Shown: positions 8,015 through 17,385, numbered from the stretch's first letter. The stretch is 64,000 nt of DNA from a bacterium (GCA_009924895.1 RFQR01000001.1:15575-79574), one strand, 5' to 3'. Notes: generated by a model not told the origin, from the letters alone. Numbers and translations: made by a program.

Positions 8015-9124
8015 CTACTGATACTGAATAAACGACGGTGCTGGAGTAAGCTCGAGCACTTCTTTTGGAGTCATGAGGCGTGTTGATGGTGGCTTCATGT
8101 CATTCTTGTAGAAAATTTTAAACCCGGTGAACTGCACAGGCTCGTCCATAATAACGCGCTCGTAGGTACCGACTTTTCGTGCGCCATAGCCCCACCCATC
8201 CATATCCATTACTATCTGCACTTCAGGCAATGGTTTGATGTTGCGGTATCCGGTGACCATCTCCTCGGTAAAGCGGTGAACGATAAGAATTTTTGGCGGC
8301 AGATTATGTTTCTGAACTAATCCTTGCAAATACTGTGCAGCGTAGTTGATGTCGGCGGAACTAAATGTGCCAATTTCATCTCCCGGTGCTCCTTTGTGTT
8401 TCATTGAGAATTCAGGGTCGAGAGCAAGGTGGACCTGTGGCATCGACAAGTATTTTTCGAGCGAAGGTAAGTCTCGTTGGAGAGTGCTAAATCCTATCTG
8501 CATTTCTAATATGACAATCCCGTTTACCTGCCGCGCCATCTCAAGCGCTTTGTCGATTTGGTTGTCAGGCATTTGAATACGATATTTTCCATCTTTGCCA
8601 GGCCTGTCTTGGGCAGCGACGGCAATATAGTCAATCGCGTGAATAACAGGCGTGGACGGGTCGGCCTCTGACCACTCTGCCGCAGCTTTTTGTAACTTAG
8701 CAAGCGTACTTGATGCATCTGCTTCGCCTAAAATGCCCATACCTTTCGAATAAAAGTTGCCGTAATACGCGACAATACGGTTAAAAGGGAGTAGCGCTCC
8801 CGCATTTGGATAGGTAGAGCGTGTTGGCCATTGTCGTATGGTGCTGCTCGCAAGAGAGCTCTCAGTAAAAGAAGAAAGGGTACGATCACCAGGGGTGGGT
8901 GCGAGAACTAGTTTTGAAATAGTCGTTGTCGATACGTGCGCAAGCGCGAGCATTTTGCGGTCATAGGCAAGCTTATCGAGCTGGGGAACTTGTTTGGGGG
9001 CGCTTTCAGGCGTTTTGTGAGCACAGTACAAAACTTGACGAGACAGAGTCAGGTAAACGAGCGCAGTAAGCAGGATAGTACCTGCTGTAAAAAAAGTGAG
9101 TAGAGAGATGTGCCGTAGTGACAT
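8015..9124 (-). CDS. membrane-anchored secreted protein, function unknown
   Basis: 369-aa ORF with an N-terminal TM anchor. I recognise no signature. Confidence 0.45.
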   Translation of the reverse strand: MSLRHISLLTFFTAGTILLTALVYLTLSRQVLYCAHKTPESAPKQVPQLDKLAYDRKMLALAHVSTTTISKLVLAPTPGDRTLSSFTESSLASSTIRQWPTRSTYPNAGALLPFNRIVAYYGNFYSKGMGILGEADASSTLAKLQKAAAEWSEADPSTPVIHAIDYIAVAAQDRPGKDGKYRIQMPDNQIDKALEMARQVNGIVILEMQIGFSTLQRDLPSLEKYLSMPQVHLALDPEFSMKHKGAPGDEIGTFSSADINYAAQYLQGLVQKHNLPPKILIVHRFTEEMVTGYRNIKPLPEVQIVMDMDGWGYGARKVGTYERVIMDEPVQFTGFKIFYKNDMKPPSTRLMTPKEVLELTPAPSFIQYQ

Positions 9125-9242
9125 ACGCGCCCCCTAGTATACCCTTAGGCTCGCCGAAGAGTTAGTCCATATCAGCGTGTACTGACACCAGGGTAACGCT
9201 CCCCCTCGATGTGATTGATGTCTTTCATACTATACTGACACT

Positions 9243-10661
9243 ATGAACTCGCCTTATGACGAGCCGACCACTCTGGTCATATTTGGCGCAACGGGGGACC
9301 TCTCTTCGAGAAAAATATTTCCTTCGCTTTTTTACTTGTATCAACAGGGGCGTTTGCCAGAGCGTGCGGCAATCATCGGGTATTCGCGCCGAGAGCTCCC
9401 CAACGAGGATTTTCGTACCATGGTGAAAGAGTCCCTCGTAGGTAAGATGAATATGCCAGAAAATATCGATGCGTTTCTCTCACTCTTCTCATACCATCGT
9501 GGCACGTTTGACGAAGCGACAGCATTTGAGTCACTGGCACAGACCATTGAAAGCAAGGAAAAAGCCTGGGGACAGTGCGGAAACAAGCTTTTCTATCTCT
9601 CAGTGCCACCCGAATCGTATCCGCCTATTTTTCAAAATCTTGCACATACGAAATTAAATATTCCTTGTGGTGGCAAGCTGGGGTGGAGTCGAGTGCTCAT
9701 CGAGAAGCCGTTTGGTTCTGACGGAAAAACTGCCCACGAACTTCAAACGCTTCTGAGCACCTATTTTACCGAAGACCAACTCTACCGTATCGACCACTAT
9801 CTCTTTAAGGAAATAGTGCAAGGTATAGAGCATTTTCGTTTCTCAAACAATCTGTTTGAGAATCGATGGGGGAACGACACAGTGGCTCAAATAGACATTC
9901 GACTTCTTGAATCAATCGGCGTGGAATCGCGTGGAGCATTTTATGACAAAGTCGGTGCCTTTCGTGATGTGGGACAAAATCATCTTCTCGCCATGCTCGC
10001 TGCGATTACTGCGCAGTATCCAGCAGGAAGTGGTGTTGAAGAAATACAGGGCGAGCGTGCAAAGGCACTGAGCGCGCTTGCGCCGTGGACCGATGAGAGT
10101 ATCGCACAATCCACTTATCGAGCACAGTACCAAGGGTATCAATCAATAAAGGGCGTCGAACCGGGTTCAACGACAGAAACATATGTTGCACTCAAAACTG
10201 AATTACAGCTTCCGCAATGGAATGGTGTTCCAATCTTCCTCGAGGCGGGAAAGCGCACAGGAGAACCGCTCAAAGAAATGGTGATAACGCTGCGTCATCC
10301 CAAAAAATGTCTCTTGTGTACGGTAGGTTCACATGGAGCAAATACAATTACCTTTCGTCTCGAGCCAAACGATGAGATTGTCATAAAGTTTTGGACAAAA
10401 AAGCCCGGATTTGAACGTGTGCTCGAAGAACGCGCATTCTCATTCTTTTTGTACGAAAAAGAAACGAAAGTCCAGTATGTTGAAGAGTATTCAAAGATAC
10501 TGAATGCAGCGATGGTGGGGGACCGTGCGCTCTTTGTCGGCCCTGATGAAATTAAAGCAATGTGGAAGTTTACTGATTTGGTGGTGGAGGCGTGGCAACG
10601 CAACGTGGTGCCACTCGATACATATCCCCCCGATACGCGACCGCTCCCCACGTTTAGATAG
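9243..10661 (+). CDS. zwf: glucose-6-phosphate 1-dehydrogenase
   Basis: N-terminal LVIFGATGDLSSRK NADP-binding motif. Active-site motif RIDHYLFKE. Confidence 0.9.
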   Translation: MNSPYDEPTTLVIFGATGDLSSRKIFPSLFYLYQQGRLPERAAIIGYSRRELPNEDFRTMVKESLVGKMNMPENIDAFLSLFSYHRGTFDEATAFESLAQTIESKEKAWGQCGNKLFYLSVPPESYPPIFQNLAHTKLNIPCGGKLGWSRVLIEKPFGSDGKTAHELQTLLSTYFTEDQLYRIDHYLFKEIVQGIEHFRFSNNLFENRWGNDTVAQIDIRLLESIGVESRGAFYDKVGAFRDVGQNHLLAMLAAITAQYPAGSGVEEIQGERAKALSALAPWTDESIAQSTYRAQYQGYQSIKGVEPGSTTETYVALKTELQLPQWNGVPIFLEAGKRTGEPLKEMVITLRHPKKCLLCTVGSHGANTITFRLEPNDEIVIKFWTKKPGFERVLEERAFSFFLYEKETKVQYVEEYSKILNAAMVGDRALFVGPDEIKAMWKFTDLVVEAWQRNVVPLDTYPPDTRPLPTFR

Positions 10662-10671
10662 AACATACGTA

Positions 10672-10702
10672 CAAAAACCACTCCGCAAAGGAGTGGTTTT
10701 TG
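10672..10702. terminator. bidirectional terminator between convergent genes
   Basis: AAAAACCACTCCGCAAAGGAGTGGTTTTTG: a 7-bp stem with an A-run on one side and a T-run on the other. Confidence 0.65.
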
Positions 10703-10712
10703 TATATATTTT

Positions 10713-11006
10713 TTACTTCTGTCCGTGCATTTTCTTTACTTCTGAAATCCCGTCTTTAACACCTTTTGCAACTTGCTTACTAAAAACTGAGAGTTCATCC
10801 GCAAGTTTTTTCATGCCGAGTTTGGCAAGGCGCAATTCTTCTTTTGCCTTTGCTTGCGCAGGCTTACTATCGTTCCACGCATCAGCAGCTTTCTTCTTGG
10901 TCTTTACTGCCGCGTCTTTTGCAGCCACTTTGAGTGCGTCTGCTTTTTTTGCGGTGTTGATAATTGCGTCGCGAACGAGTGCGGCGATGTTCTGCTGGTC
11001 TGCCAT
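10713..11006 (-). CDS. Lys/Ala-rich small helical protein, unknown function
   Basis: The ORF track extends it to 11048. Starting at MADQQNIAALV... seems more plausible. The composition is low-complexity, basic and alpha-helical. Confidence 0.35.
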   Translation of the reverse strand: MADQQNIAALVRDAIINTAKKADALKVAAKDAAVKTKKKAADAWNDSKPAQAKAKEELRLAKLGMKKLADELSVFSKQVAKGVKDGISEVKKMHGQK

Positions 11007-11067
11007 AGAAATATGATTATTTGATATGAGGAAAGTATAGCAGGTCATTGTACGCTACAATAATTAG

Positions 11068-11490
11068 ATGTTTCCCAACATCAAAACCTTCTCTGCCTCT
11101 ACTCGCACCGCACAAGAGGCGGCGGATCAAATAGGCTGCGCGCTTGGCGCTATCGGTAAGTCACTTATTTTTCGAAGTGGGGACGATATGATTTTAATAA
11201 TTACGAGTGGTACGAATCGCGTTGATACGGAGCGTGTGGGCAAAGAACTTGGGGTGACACTTGGCAAAGCAGATGCTGATTTTGTGAAAGCAAAAACTGG
11301 CTTTTCTATCGGCGGTGTCGCGCCATGGGGATATGAGCGCCCCGCGTACGTAGTTATTGATGCTGATTTAGAGCAGTACCCCGAAATATGGGCCGCCGCA
11401 GGAACGCCACACTCAGTTTTTCCCACAACCTTCGGAGAATTACAAGAAAAGACTAGGGGTGTTGTTATGAAAGTCGCTTCGGGTGCATAA
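11068..11490 (+). CDS. YbaK/ProX-family aminoacyl-tRNA deacylase
   Basis: FSIGGVAPWG core motif and 140-aa length typical of YbaK-like trans-editing domains. Confidence 0.65.
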   Translation: MFPNIKTFSASTRTAQEAADQIGCALGAIGKSLIFRSGDDMILIITSGTNRVDTERVGKELGVTLGKADADFVKAKTGFSIGGVAPWGYERPAYVVIDADLEQYPEIWAAAGTPHSVFPTTFGELQEKTRGVVMKVASGA

Positions 11491-11508
11491 GTACGGTACA
11501 CTCGCGGT

Positions 11509-12285
11509 ATGAGCATTTCTTTGCTTCTTATCGCGATTGCAGAGGGCCTCACCGAGTTTCTGCCAGTTTCTTCAACAGCACACCTGATTTTGATAGGGAA
11601 AATTGCCACGGTTAATCTAACAGACCCGTACGTCAAGTTTTATATTCTGTTTATTCAGTTGGGAGCGCTCGTTGCCGGAGTGATGCTGTTTAGCAAACGC
11701 ATCCTTACCGACAAAAGTTTGATCGTGAATATTAGTGCGAGTTTTCTCCCGACCGCGGTGATTGGTTTTACGCTCTACAAGCTATTTAAGCACCTACTTG
11801 AAGGTAATCTCATTCTCATGGCAGTGGCACTCGTACTTGGCGGCGTACTCCTTATCTCTATTGAAAAGCTCATTGCACAGCGTGCAGCAATTGAGGACTA
11901 CGGCCGTGACACTATCACTATCAAGGATGCTTTTTTGATCGGGTGTGCACAAGCATTTGCAATGGTGCCGGGCGTGTCTCGTTCGGGAGCGACAATTATT
12001 GCAGGAATTTTTATGAATATCCGCAAGGCAGTCATTGTCGAATATACGTTTTTGCTCGCACTTCCGACGCTTGGGGCGGCGGTGTTGTATGACGGATATA
12101 AATCGCTCGACATGCTCTCGAATATCGCATCATGGAATGAGCTTCTGCTCGGGTTTCTGATTGCTGCTATTACTGCGTTCGTAACCCTCATAGTGCTGCG
12201 CAAATATCTTCCCACTATTTCCCTTGCGTGGTTTGGGTGGTATCGCATCATTCTCGCTACGCTAATTCTTATTACGCTTTGGTAG
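11509..12285 (+). CDS. uppP: undecaprenyl-diphosphatase
   Basis: GLTEFLPVSSTAHLIL N-terminal signature. 8-TM protein. Confidence 0.9.
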   Translation: MSISLLLIAIAEGLTEFLPVSSTAHLILIGKIATVNLTDPYVKFYILFIQLGALVAGVMLFSKRILTDKSLIVNISASFLPTAVIGFTLYKLFKHLLEGNLILMAVALVLGGVLLISIEKLIAQRAAIEDYGRDTITIKDAFLIGCAQAFAMVPGVSRSGATIIAGIFMNIRKAVIVEYTFLLALPTLGAAVLYDGYKSLDMLSNIASWNELLLGFLIAAITAFVTLIVLRKYLPTISLAWFGWYRIILATLILITLW

Positions 12286-12289
12286 CTGT

Positions 12290-13987
12290 ATGCTTCAATC
12301 GGAGGCGCTTTCGGTATTAAAAACAGGAGTCAACGTTTTTCTCACCGGTGAACCAGGGAGTGGCAAGACACATACGATCAATGCATATGTCGAGTATGCG
12401 CGCTCCTGTGGCATCGAGCCTTCGATTACCGCTTCGACAGGGATTGCTGCAACGCATGTTGGTGGCATGACTATTCATGCGTGGAGTGGCATTGGGGTAC
12501 GCAAGGATTTATCTGCATACGACCTTGACGCGATTGCGGGCAATAAAAATGTCCACAGCCGGGTCCGACATGCGCAGATACTCATTATTGATGAAATTTC
12601 TATGCTTTCCGCACGGACACTTGATATGGTAGATACGGTCTGCAGGGAAGTACGCGGGAATCAGAGCCCGTTTGGCGGCCTTCAAGTCATTCTGGTAGGA
12701 GATTTTTTCCAATTGCCACCGGTCTCGCGCGCAGAAGCGGACGACGAAGGACAGATACGGATAGCTGAAGAAAGACGAGAAAAGTTTGCCTACGAATCGC
12801 GTGCGTGGGCAGACCTTAATCCGCTGGTCTGCTATTTGTCAGAGCAGCATCGCCAAGTAGATGGTCCGTTTCTTGAAATCCTCTCAACGCTTCGTCGTGC
12901 GACTTTCGGCGAAGATCAGAAAAAGATTTTGCGCACACGCTATGCGCGCGTAGCGCCAGAGGGAGTCACGCAATTGTACGCGCACAATGCGAATGTGGAC
13001 GTGATAAACATGAAAGAACTCGAGAAGCTGTCGGGAAAGGTGGTTGAATTTGGTATGCACGGGAAAGGCCCCGAGAAGGTAGTTAACTCTTTGAGGCGCA
13101 GTTGTTTGTCGCCCGAAAAGCTGCTTCTCAAAGTCGGGGCGCGCGTCATGTTTACTAAAAACGATCTCGCCCCACAAAAATATGTAAATGGAACTCTCGG
13201 TACTGTGACAGGCTTTGCCGATAGTGGTTTTCCTGTGGTAGAGACTCGAGCGGGGACGGTGATTGCAGAACCAGATGAATGGCACGTGGAAGATGGAGGG
13301 CGCATCATAGCGCGGATTATGCAGGTACCCCTTCGTCTCGCATGGGCAATAACGGTACATAAAAGTCAGGGAATGTCACTCGATGCAGTACATATGGACC
13401 TCTCGAGCACGTTTGAATACGGACAAGGATATGTGGCGCTTTCGCGTGCGCGCACGCTCGCAGGTCTTTCGATTGCCGGACTCAATCAACGTGCAACCGA
13501 AGTCCATCCTGATGTGTTGCAAGAAGATGAGAAGTTTCGCGAAAAGTCAGAAAAAGTACAAAAGCATTTTCAAAGCGTGTCCGTGGCAGAAATAGAAACT
13601 CTGCACGCAAATTTTATTCGCGCTTGTGGTGGCAAGTTCGGTGCGGGAAGGAATGTGAAAGAAAAGCAGCAGCCCGGTTCCTCGCTCGAAATCACTCTCA
13701 AATTAATTAAAGCAGGGAATGGTATTGCAGAAATCGCCAAAGAGCGAGAACTGAAAGTAGCTACCATTATTGACCATCTAGAACAGCTCAAAGATTTGAG
13801 AAGGCTTGATATGGCTCGTGATTGTGCGCACCTTACTAAACCAAAACACCTCGAAAAGATGCAGGAAGCATTGCTCGCTACTGCCGATGAATCTGGAAAC
13901 ATGCCACTCTCGCCCGCCCGTGCATTTTTAGGTGAACGCTATTCATTTGACGACCTTCGTCTCGCCAGACTTTTTTTTAAGGAGTAG
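12290..13987 (+). CDS. PIF1/RecD-family helicase with a C-terminal HTH domain
   Basis: Walker A GEPGSGKTH. IIDEISML. VILVGDFFQLPPV. C-terminal helix-turn-helix tail. Confidence 0.85.
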   Translation: MLQSEALSVLKTGVNVFLTGEPGSGKTHTINAYVEYARSCGIEPSITASTGIAATHVGGMTIHAWSGIGVRKDLSAYDLDAIAGNKNVHSRVRHAQILIIDEISMLSARTLDMVDTVCREVRGNQSPFGGLQVILVGDFFQLPPVSRAEADDEGQIRIAEERREKFAYESRAWADLNPLVCYLSEQHRQVDGPFLEILSTLRRATFGEDQKKILRTRYARVAPEGVTQLYAHNANVDVINMKELEKLSGKVVEFGMHGKGPEKVVNSLRRSCLSPEKLLLKVGARVMFTKNDLAPQKYVNGTLGTVTGFADSGFPVVETRAGTVIAEPDEWHVEDGGRIIARIMQVPLRLAWAITVHKSQGMSLDAVHMDLSSTFEYGQGYVALSRARTLAGLSIAGLNQRATEVHPDVLQEDEKFREKSEKVQKHFQSVSVAEIETLHANFIRACGGKFGAGRNVKEKQQPGSSLEITLKLIKAGNGIAEIAKERELKVATIIDHLEQLKDLRRLDMARDCAHLTKPKHLEKMQEALLATADESGNMPLSPARAFLGERYSFDDLRLARLFFKE

Positions 13988-14028
13988 GCAGTCTAGCTTT
14001 ATCGAGTCCCTCAATAGTGAATACACTA

Positions 14029-14066
14029 TGTACCATAATATGTCCGACCGGACATCACATGGTACA
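14029..14066. repeat. 38-bp nested palindrome, copy 1 (TGTACCAT-aat-ATGTCCG-AC-CGGACAT-cac-ATGGTACA)
   Basis: Read from the sequence. It ends 9 bp upstream of the paaX-like start codon. Confidence 0.7.
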
Positions 14067-14074
14067 CTAAGAAT

Positions 14075-14662
14075 ATGGAAGGTTTAGAAAAAAGAACAGC
14101 TAAGAAAGTGAGGCGTAGAAAGATTCAAGATGGAATAATGGCGGTACTGTTGGGGATGACTGCGATAGGACTTATGTTTACTGCACCAAATGCACTCCGA
14201 TTGCTCAAAAAGTTTGATCCGGATCTGGGGCGCAAACGAAACCCCGGAACGCGCGTTCGTCAGGCGATGAAAAGACTAGAAGGGCGAGGGTTGGTTGTAG
14301 GAATAGAAGAAAACGGTACGACTCGCTTTGTTTTGACCGAGAAGGGAAAGAGGTATGCCGAGCGGCTTGCTGAAGCAGAGTCACTGCATATCCCTATACC
14401 AAAAAGGTGGGATGGAAGGTGGCGTGTGGTGATTTTCGACATCTGGGAACGCCGAAGGGAAGTAAGAAGACAATTTAGAAACATGTTGAAGAAGATAGGA
14501 TTTGTTCTGGTGCAAGATAGTGTTTGGGTGTACCCCTACGATTGCGAAGAGGTTATTGCATTTATTCGCACGCATTTGCGACTTGGAAAGGGTGCTCTGT
14601 ATATGATTGCCGATGGAATAGAAGGAGACAAGAAGTTACGTGAACATTTTAACCTTTCATAG
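14075..14662 (+). CDS. PaaX-family transcriptional regulator (short form) with a strongly Cas2-like central domain
   Basis: The N-terminus resembles the PaaX wHTH (RLEGRGLVVGIEENGTTRFVLTEKGKR versus E. coli PaaX RLNKEGWLDVSRIGRRSFYSLSDKGLR). WDGRWRVVIFDIWERRREVRRQFRNMLKKIGFVLVQDSVWVYP matches PaaX WDGKWLLLL... and the Cas2 consensus VLVxYDIxxxRRRxKVxKxLxxYGxRVQxSVFEC. Confidence 0.6.
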   Translation: MEGLEKRTAKKVRRRKIQDGIMAVLLGMTAIGLMFTAPNALRLLKKFDPDLGRKRNPGTRVRQAMKRLEGRGLVVGIEENGTTRFVLTEKGKRYAERLAEAESLHIPIPKRWDGRWRVVIFDIWERRREVRRQFRNMLKKIGFVLVQDSVWVYPYDCEEVIAFIRTHLRLGKGALYMIADGIEGDKKLREHFNLS

Positions 14663-14716
14663 GTTATTTGTGAGAGGATTTATCATACTTTTCGTATTTT
14701 GCTCTATTGTTCTAAC

Positions 14717-14754
14717 TGTACCATAGCATGTCCGACCGGACATACTATGGTACA
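14717..14754. repeat. 38-bp nested palindrome, copy 2 (TGTACCAT-agc-ATGTCCG-AC-CGGACAT-act-ATGGTACA)
   Basis: Arms are identical to copy 1 and only the 3-nt spacers differ. It lies between the paaX-like stop and the HD gene start. Confidence 0.7.
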
Positions 14755-14798
14755 TAGTTTAGGTGTGTGAGGAATGAAGGGTATGCTATATTCATGAG

Positions 14799-15344
14799 AT
14801 GATACCGACACGAGAAGAGGCGCAGAAGCTTTTGTTTGAACACGTGAAAGACGAATATCAGCGTCACCACGCGCTCATGGTAGGTACCGCACTTGGTGAG
14901 TATGGAAAAAAGTTTGGCGAAAATGCAGATCTCTGGTTTATGACCGGTTATTTGCACGATATTGATTTTGAAGAGCATCCAACAGAGCATCCAGCGCGGT
15001 CATTGCAGTGGTTTAAGGAATGGGGGTACCCAGTAGAACTTATTCAAGCAGTTGAAGTGCATGCACTTGGGTACAATGGTTTTACGACCGAGCCACAGAG
15101 CAAACTCGATGCTGCGATTATTGCGTGTGATGAGGTTTGCGGCATCTTCTACGCGTACTCAAAAGTAAATCCATGCAAATACGGCGACATGAAAGCATCT
15201 TCGATTTTGAAGCGTATTCGCGAAGTAAACTTCGCTCCAAAGATAAGTAGGGGAGATATTCACTATGGCTGCGAGAAGTTAGGTGTGACGATTGACGAGC
15301 ACGTCAACAATTTGATTGGATTTTTTAAGGAGTCAGGAATCTAG
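14799..15344 (+). CDS. HD-domain metal-dependent phosphohydrolase
   Basis: H...HD pattern (QRHHALMVGTALGEYG ... GYLHDIDFEEH). Confidence 0.7.
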   Translation: MIPTREEAQKLLFEHVKDEYQRHHALMVGTALGEYGKKFGENADLWFMTGYLHDIDFEEHPTEHPARSLQWFKEWGYPVELIQAVEVHALGYNGFTTEPQSKLDAAIIACDEVCGIFYAYSKVNPCKYGDMKASSILKRIREVNFAPKISRGDIHYGCEKLGVTIDEHVNNLIGFFKESGI

Positions 15345-16072
15345 GCCCTCGCAAGGGCAATCAAAGTAACTTCCGCACCTGCTTTTTTGAGCGGCGTCGC
15401 TGCGTTTACGAGAGTGGCGCCCGTGGTTGTGACATCGTCGATGAGAATTATCTGAGCCCCTTTCACTACCTCAGGACTGGTAACATCAAAAGCACCAGCA
15501 ACGTTAGAAAGTCTTTCTTGTCGCGAGAGTTTTGTTTGCTGCTTTGTATCACGAGAGCGATGAAGGACCTCTGTGGCAAGAGTTGAGTAGGTGCCATTTT
15601 GAAATTCTTGTGACAGCTGTTTCAGCACTTTTTCTATCTGATTAAATCCACGTGATTGTATACGGTTACGGTGGAGGGGGAGGGGCACGAGCAAGATAGG
15701 CTTTTTTGAAAAAAATCGCAGTGTAGTAATTTCTTCACGCAGATATTCGCCCAGCATCTGGGCGAGGAGTCTCGCTGCGTGGTCTGATTGTTCATACTTA
15801 AGGGCTCGAATGCAGTCATCAACAGCAGGCGACTTGTAGGAGAAAAGCGTGGTGATAGTAGAGCCGAGAAGTGTATGTTTCTCAGGGGTTAACAGAAAAT
15901 CGTCGACACTGCGTGATTGTGTACGTGCCGCATGCTCTTTGCGGGGAAGAATAAAGTCGAGGAGTGTCTCGACGTAGTTCCACATGATAGAATTGTCGCA
16001 TGAGTTTATCGCAACAACACTGTGTTCCGTGCGAGGGTGGGGTAGAACCTCTGAATACAGAGGAAGTGTCAA
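15341..16072 (-). CDS. ComF-family phosphoribosyltransferase-domain protein
   Basis: C-terminal type I PRTase motif QIILIDDVTTTGATL. The true start may be the internal Met at 15985, which would avoid a 73-bp divergent overlap with the next gene. Confidence 0.7.
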   Translation of the reverse strand: MTLPLYSEVLPHPRTEHSVVAINSCDNSIMWNYVETLLDFILPRKEHAARTQSRSVDDFLLTPEKHTLLGSTITTLFSYKSPAVDDCIRALKYEQSDHAARLLAQMLGEYLREEITTLRFFSKKPILLVPLPLHRNRIQSRGFNQIEKVLKQLSQEFQNGTYSTLATEVLHRSRDTKQQTKLSRQERLSNVAGAFDVTSPEVVKGAQIILIDDVTTTGATLVNAATPLKKAGAEVTLIALARA

Positions 16073-16326
16073 AGCTCATTTCGCAAGTATCAGATTGGGA
16101 ACTTTCCAGTACTAACACTGTAATCTCAAAGCAATTCAAGTTTCCTGACTTTAAAAGCGCCCTCTCGTTTGTAAACAAAGTGGGTGACATTGCAGAGTCA
16201 GAAGGCCATCATCCTGACATAACTTTGAGTTGGGGAAAGGTAGAAATCGCACTCACTACCCATGCGATTAAGGGGCTTTCTACGAACGACTTTGTTCTCG
16301 CGTCGAAAATTGATGCACTTATTTGA
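16000..16326 (+). CDS. pterin-4a-carbinolamine dehydratase (PCD/DCoH)
   Basis: EGHHPDITLSWGKVEIALTTH matches the PCD signature [E]-x3-H-H-P-x5-W-x9-H. Confidence 0.8.
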   Translation: MSLSQQHCVPCEGGVEPLNTEEVSKLISQVSDWELSSTNTVISKQFKFPDFKSALSFVNKVGDIAESEGHHPDITLSWGKVEIALTTHAIKGLSTNDFVLASKIDALI

Positions 16327-17347
16327 GAAGCATCCCGTCGCCGAATGAGAAAAATTTAAAGCCTTTTTGTTTTGCAAACGCGTAGAGTGCGAGGAGCTTT
16401 TCACGTCCGATGAGTGCTGAAACGAGCATAAGGAGTGATGATTTTGGTACATGAAAGTTAGTGATCATACCGTCGATGATGCGCCAGGTGTATCCTTCGC
16501 GGATAAACAGGTTGGTGGTTCCGACAGCTTTCACCGCTCTTTTCTGGTATGCGGATTCAAGGGTGCGTGTTGCGGTGGTGCCCACGGTGATTACAGGCCA
16601 GCCTTCACGCTTTGCCCGAGCAATTTTCTTCTGGGTTTCCTTTGGGATCTCATACCACTCGGTATGGAGGGTTCCAGTTTTGAGATGTTCTTCAGTGAGT
16701 GGGGCAAACGTTCCGAGTCCTACATGGAGGGTGATGTATCCGATGTCATGACCCGCAGCACGCAGTTTTTTCATAAGACGCCTGGTGAAGTGGAGCGATG
16801 CAGTTGGTGCGGCCACCGATCCTGCCCGTTTTGCAAAAATTGTTTGATATTTCTCTCGTAGTTCATGCTCGGTGAGCGTTGTGTGTTTGAGGTACGGCGG
16901 AATCGGGGTAGAGCCATGGTGCGATAGAAGGTTTTCAAACGAATGACCGGAAAAAGAAAGTGTGTAGATAGAATCTTCTTTTTTGATGACAGTTACACCT
17001 GCGTGTTTTGTGGCGGCAAGTGTTTGTCCTACTTCAAGGTTGCGCGGGGAAAGAGCAGTGAGAGTTTTGGTTTTCTTGTCATAGGAAAGGCAGAGGATTT
17101 CTACCTTGCCACCAGTAGGGAGAAAAACCGAGAGGCGAGCTGGAATGACTTTAGTGTCATTAAAGATGAGAAGTGATTTTTCGGGGAGATATTTTTCGAG
17201 ATGAAGAAAGGTGTCGGTTACGACTTCACCACTTTCCCGGTCATACACCAAAAGCTTTGCGCTGTCCCTTGGCGATGCGGGCACTTCAGCAATATCCTCC
17301 TTGGGGAGAAGGAAACCATAGAGAGAAAGGGTTTCTTCGAGGTTCAT
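16319..17347 (-). CDS. queA: S-adenosylmethionine:tRNA ribosyltransferase-isomerase
   Basis: MNLEETLSLYGFLLPKEDIAEVPASPRDSAKLLVYDR aligns with the QueA N-terminus. The ORF track starts 15 codons earlier, at 17392. Confidence 0.9.
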   Translation of the reverse strand: MNLEETLSLYGFLLPKEDIAEVPASPRDSAKLLVYDRESGEVVTDTFLHLEKYLPEKSLLIFNDTKVIPARLSVFLPTGGKVEILCLSYDKKTKTLTALSPRNLEVGQTLAATKHAGVTVIKKEDSIYTLSFSGHSFENLLSHHGSTPIPPYLKHTTLTEHELREKYQTIFAKRAGSVAAPTASLHFTRRLMKKLRAAGHDIGYITLHVGLGTFAPLTEEHLKTGTLHTEWYEIPKETQKKIARAKREGWPVITVGTTATRTLESAYQKRAVKAVGTTNLFIREGYTWRIIDGMITNFHVPKSSLLMLVSALIGREKLLALYAFAKQKGFKFFSFGDGMLLK

Positions 17348-17385
17348 CGCAAGGTACTGTAGCAAACTCAAAATAAAGTATTGTA

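Noticed and set aside
9125-9145. Additional GC boxes that resemble CsoR half-sites: CCCCCTAGTATACCC at 9127-9145, CCCCGCGGGG at about 63912-63921 upstream of the response regulator, and GGGGTATAGTA upstream of sulP at about 60495
   Set aside because: All three share GGGG(G)TATA(A/G)T immediately upstream of a start codon on the minus strand. This looks like the organism's promoter architecture (a G-tract abutting the -10, often giving leaderless mRNAs) rather than extra CsoR operators. Only the site at 5293-5310 is a full palindrome.
10713-11048. Possible histone-like or phasin annotation for the Lys/Ala-rich ORF
   Set aside because: Composition alone (KA-rich, helical) is not enough to assign a family. 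I left it as hypothetical.
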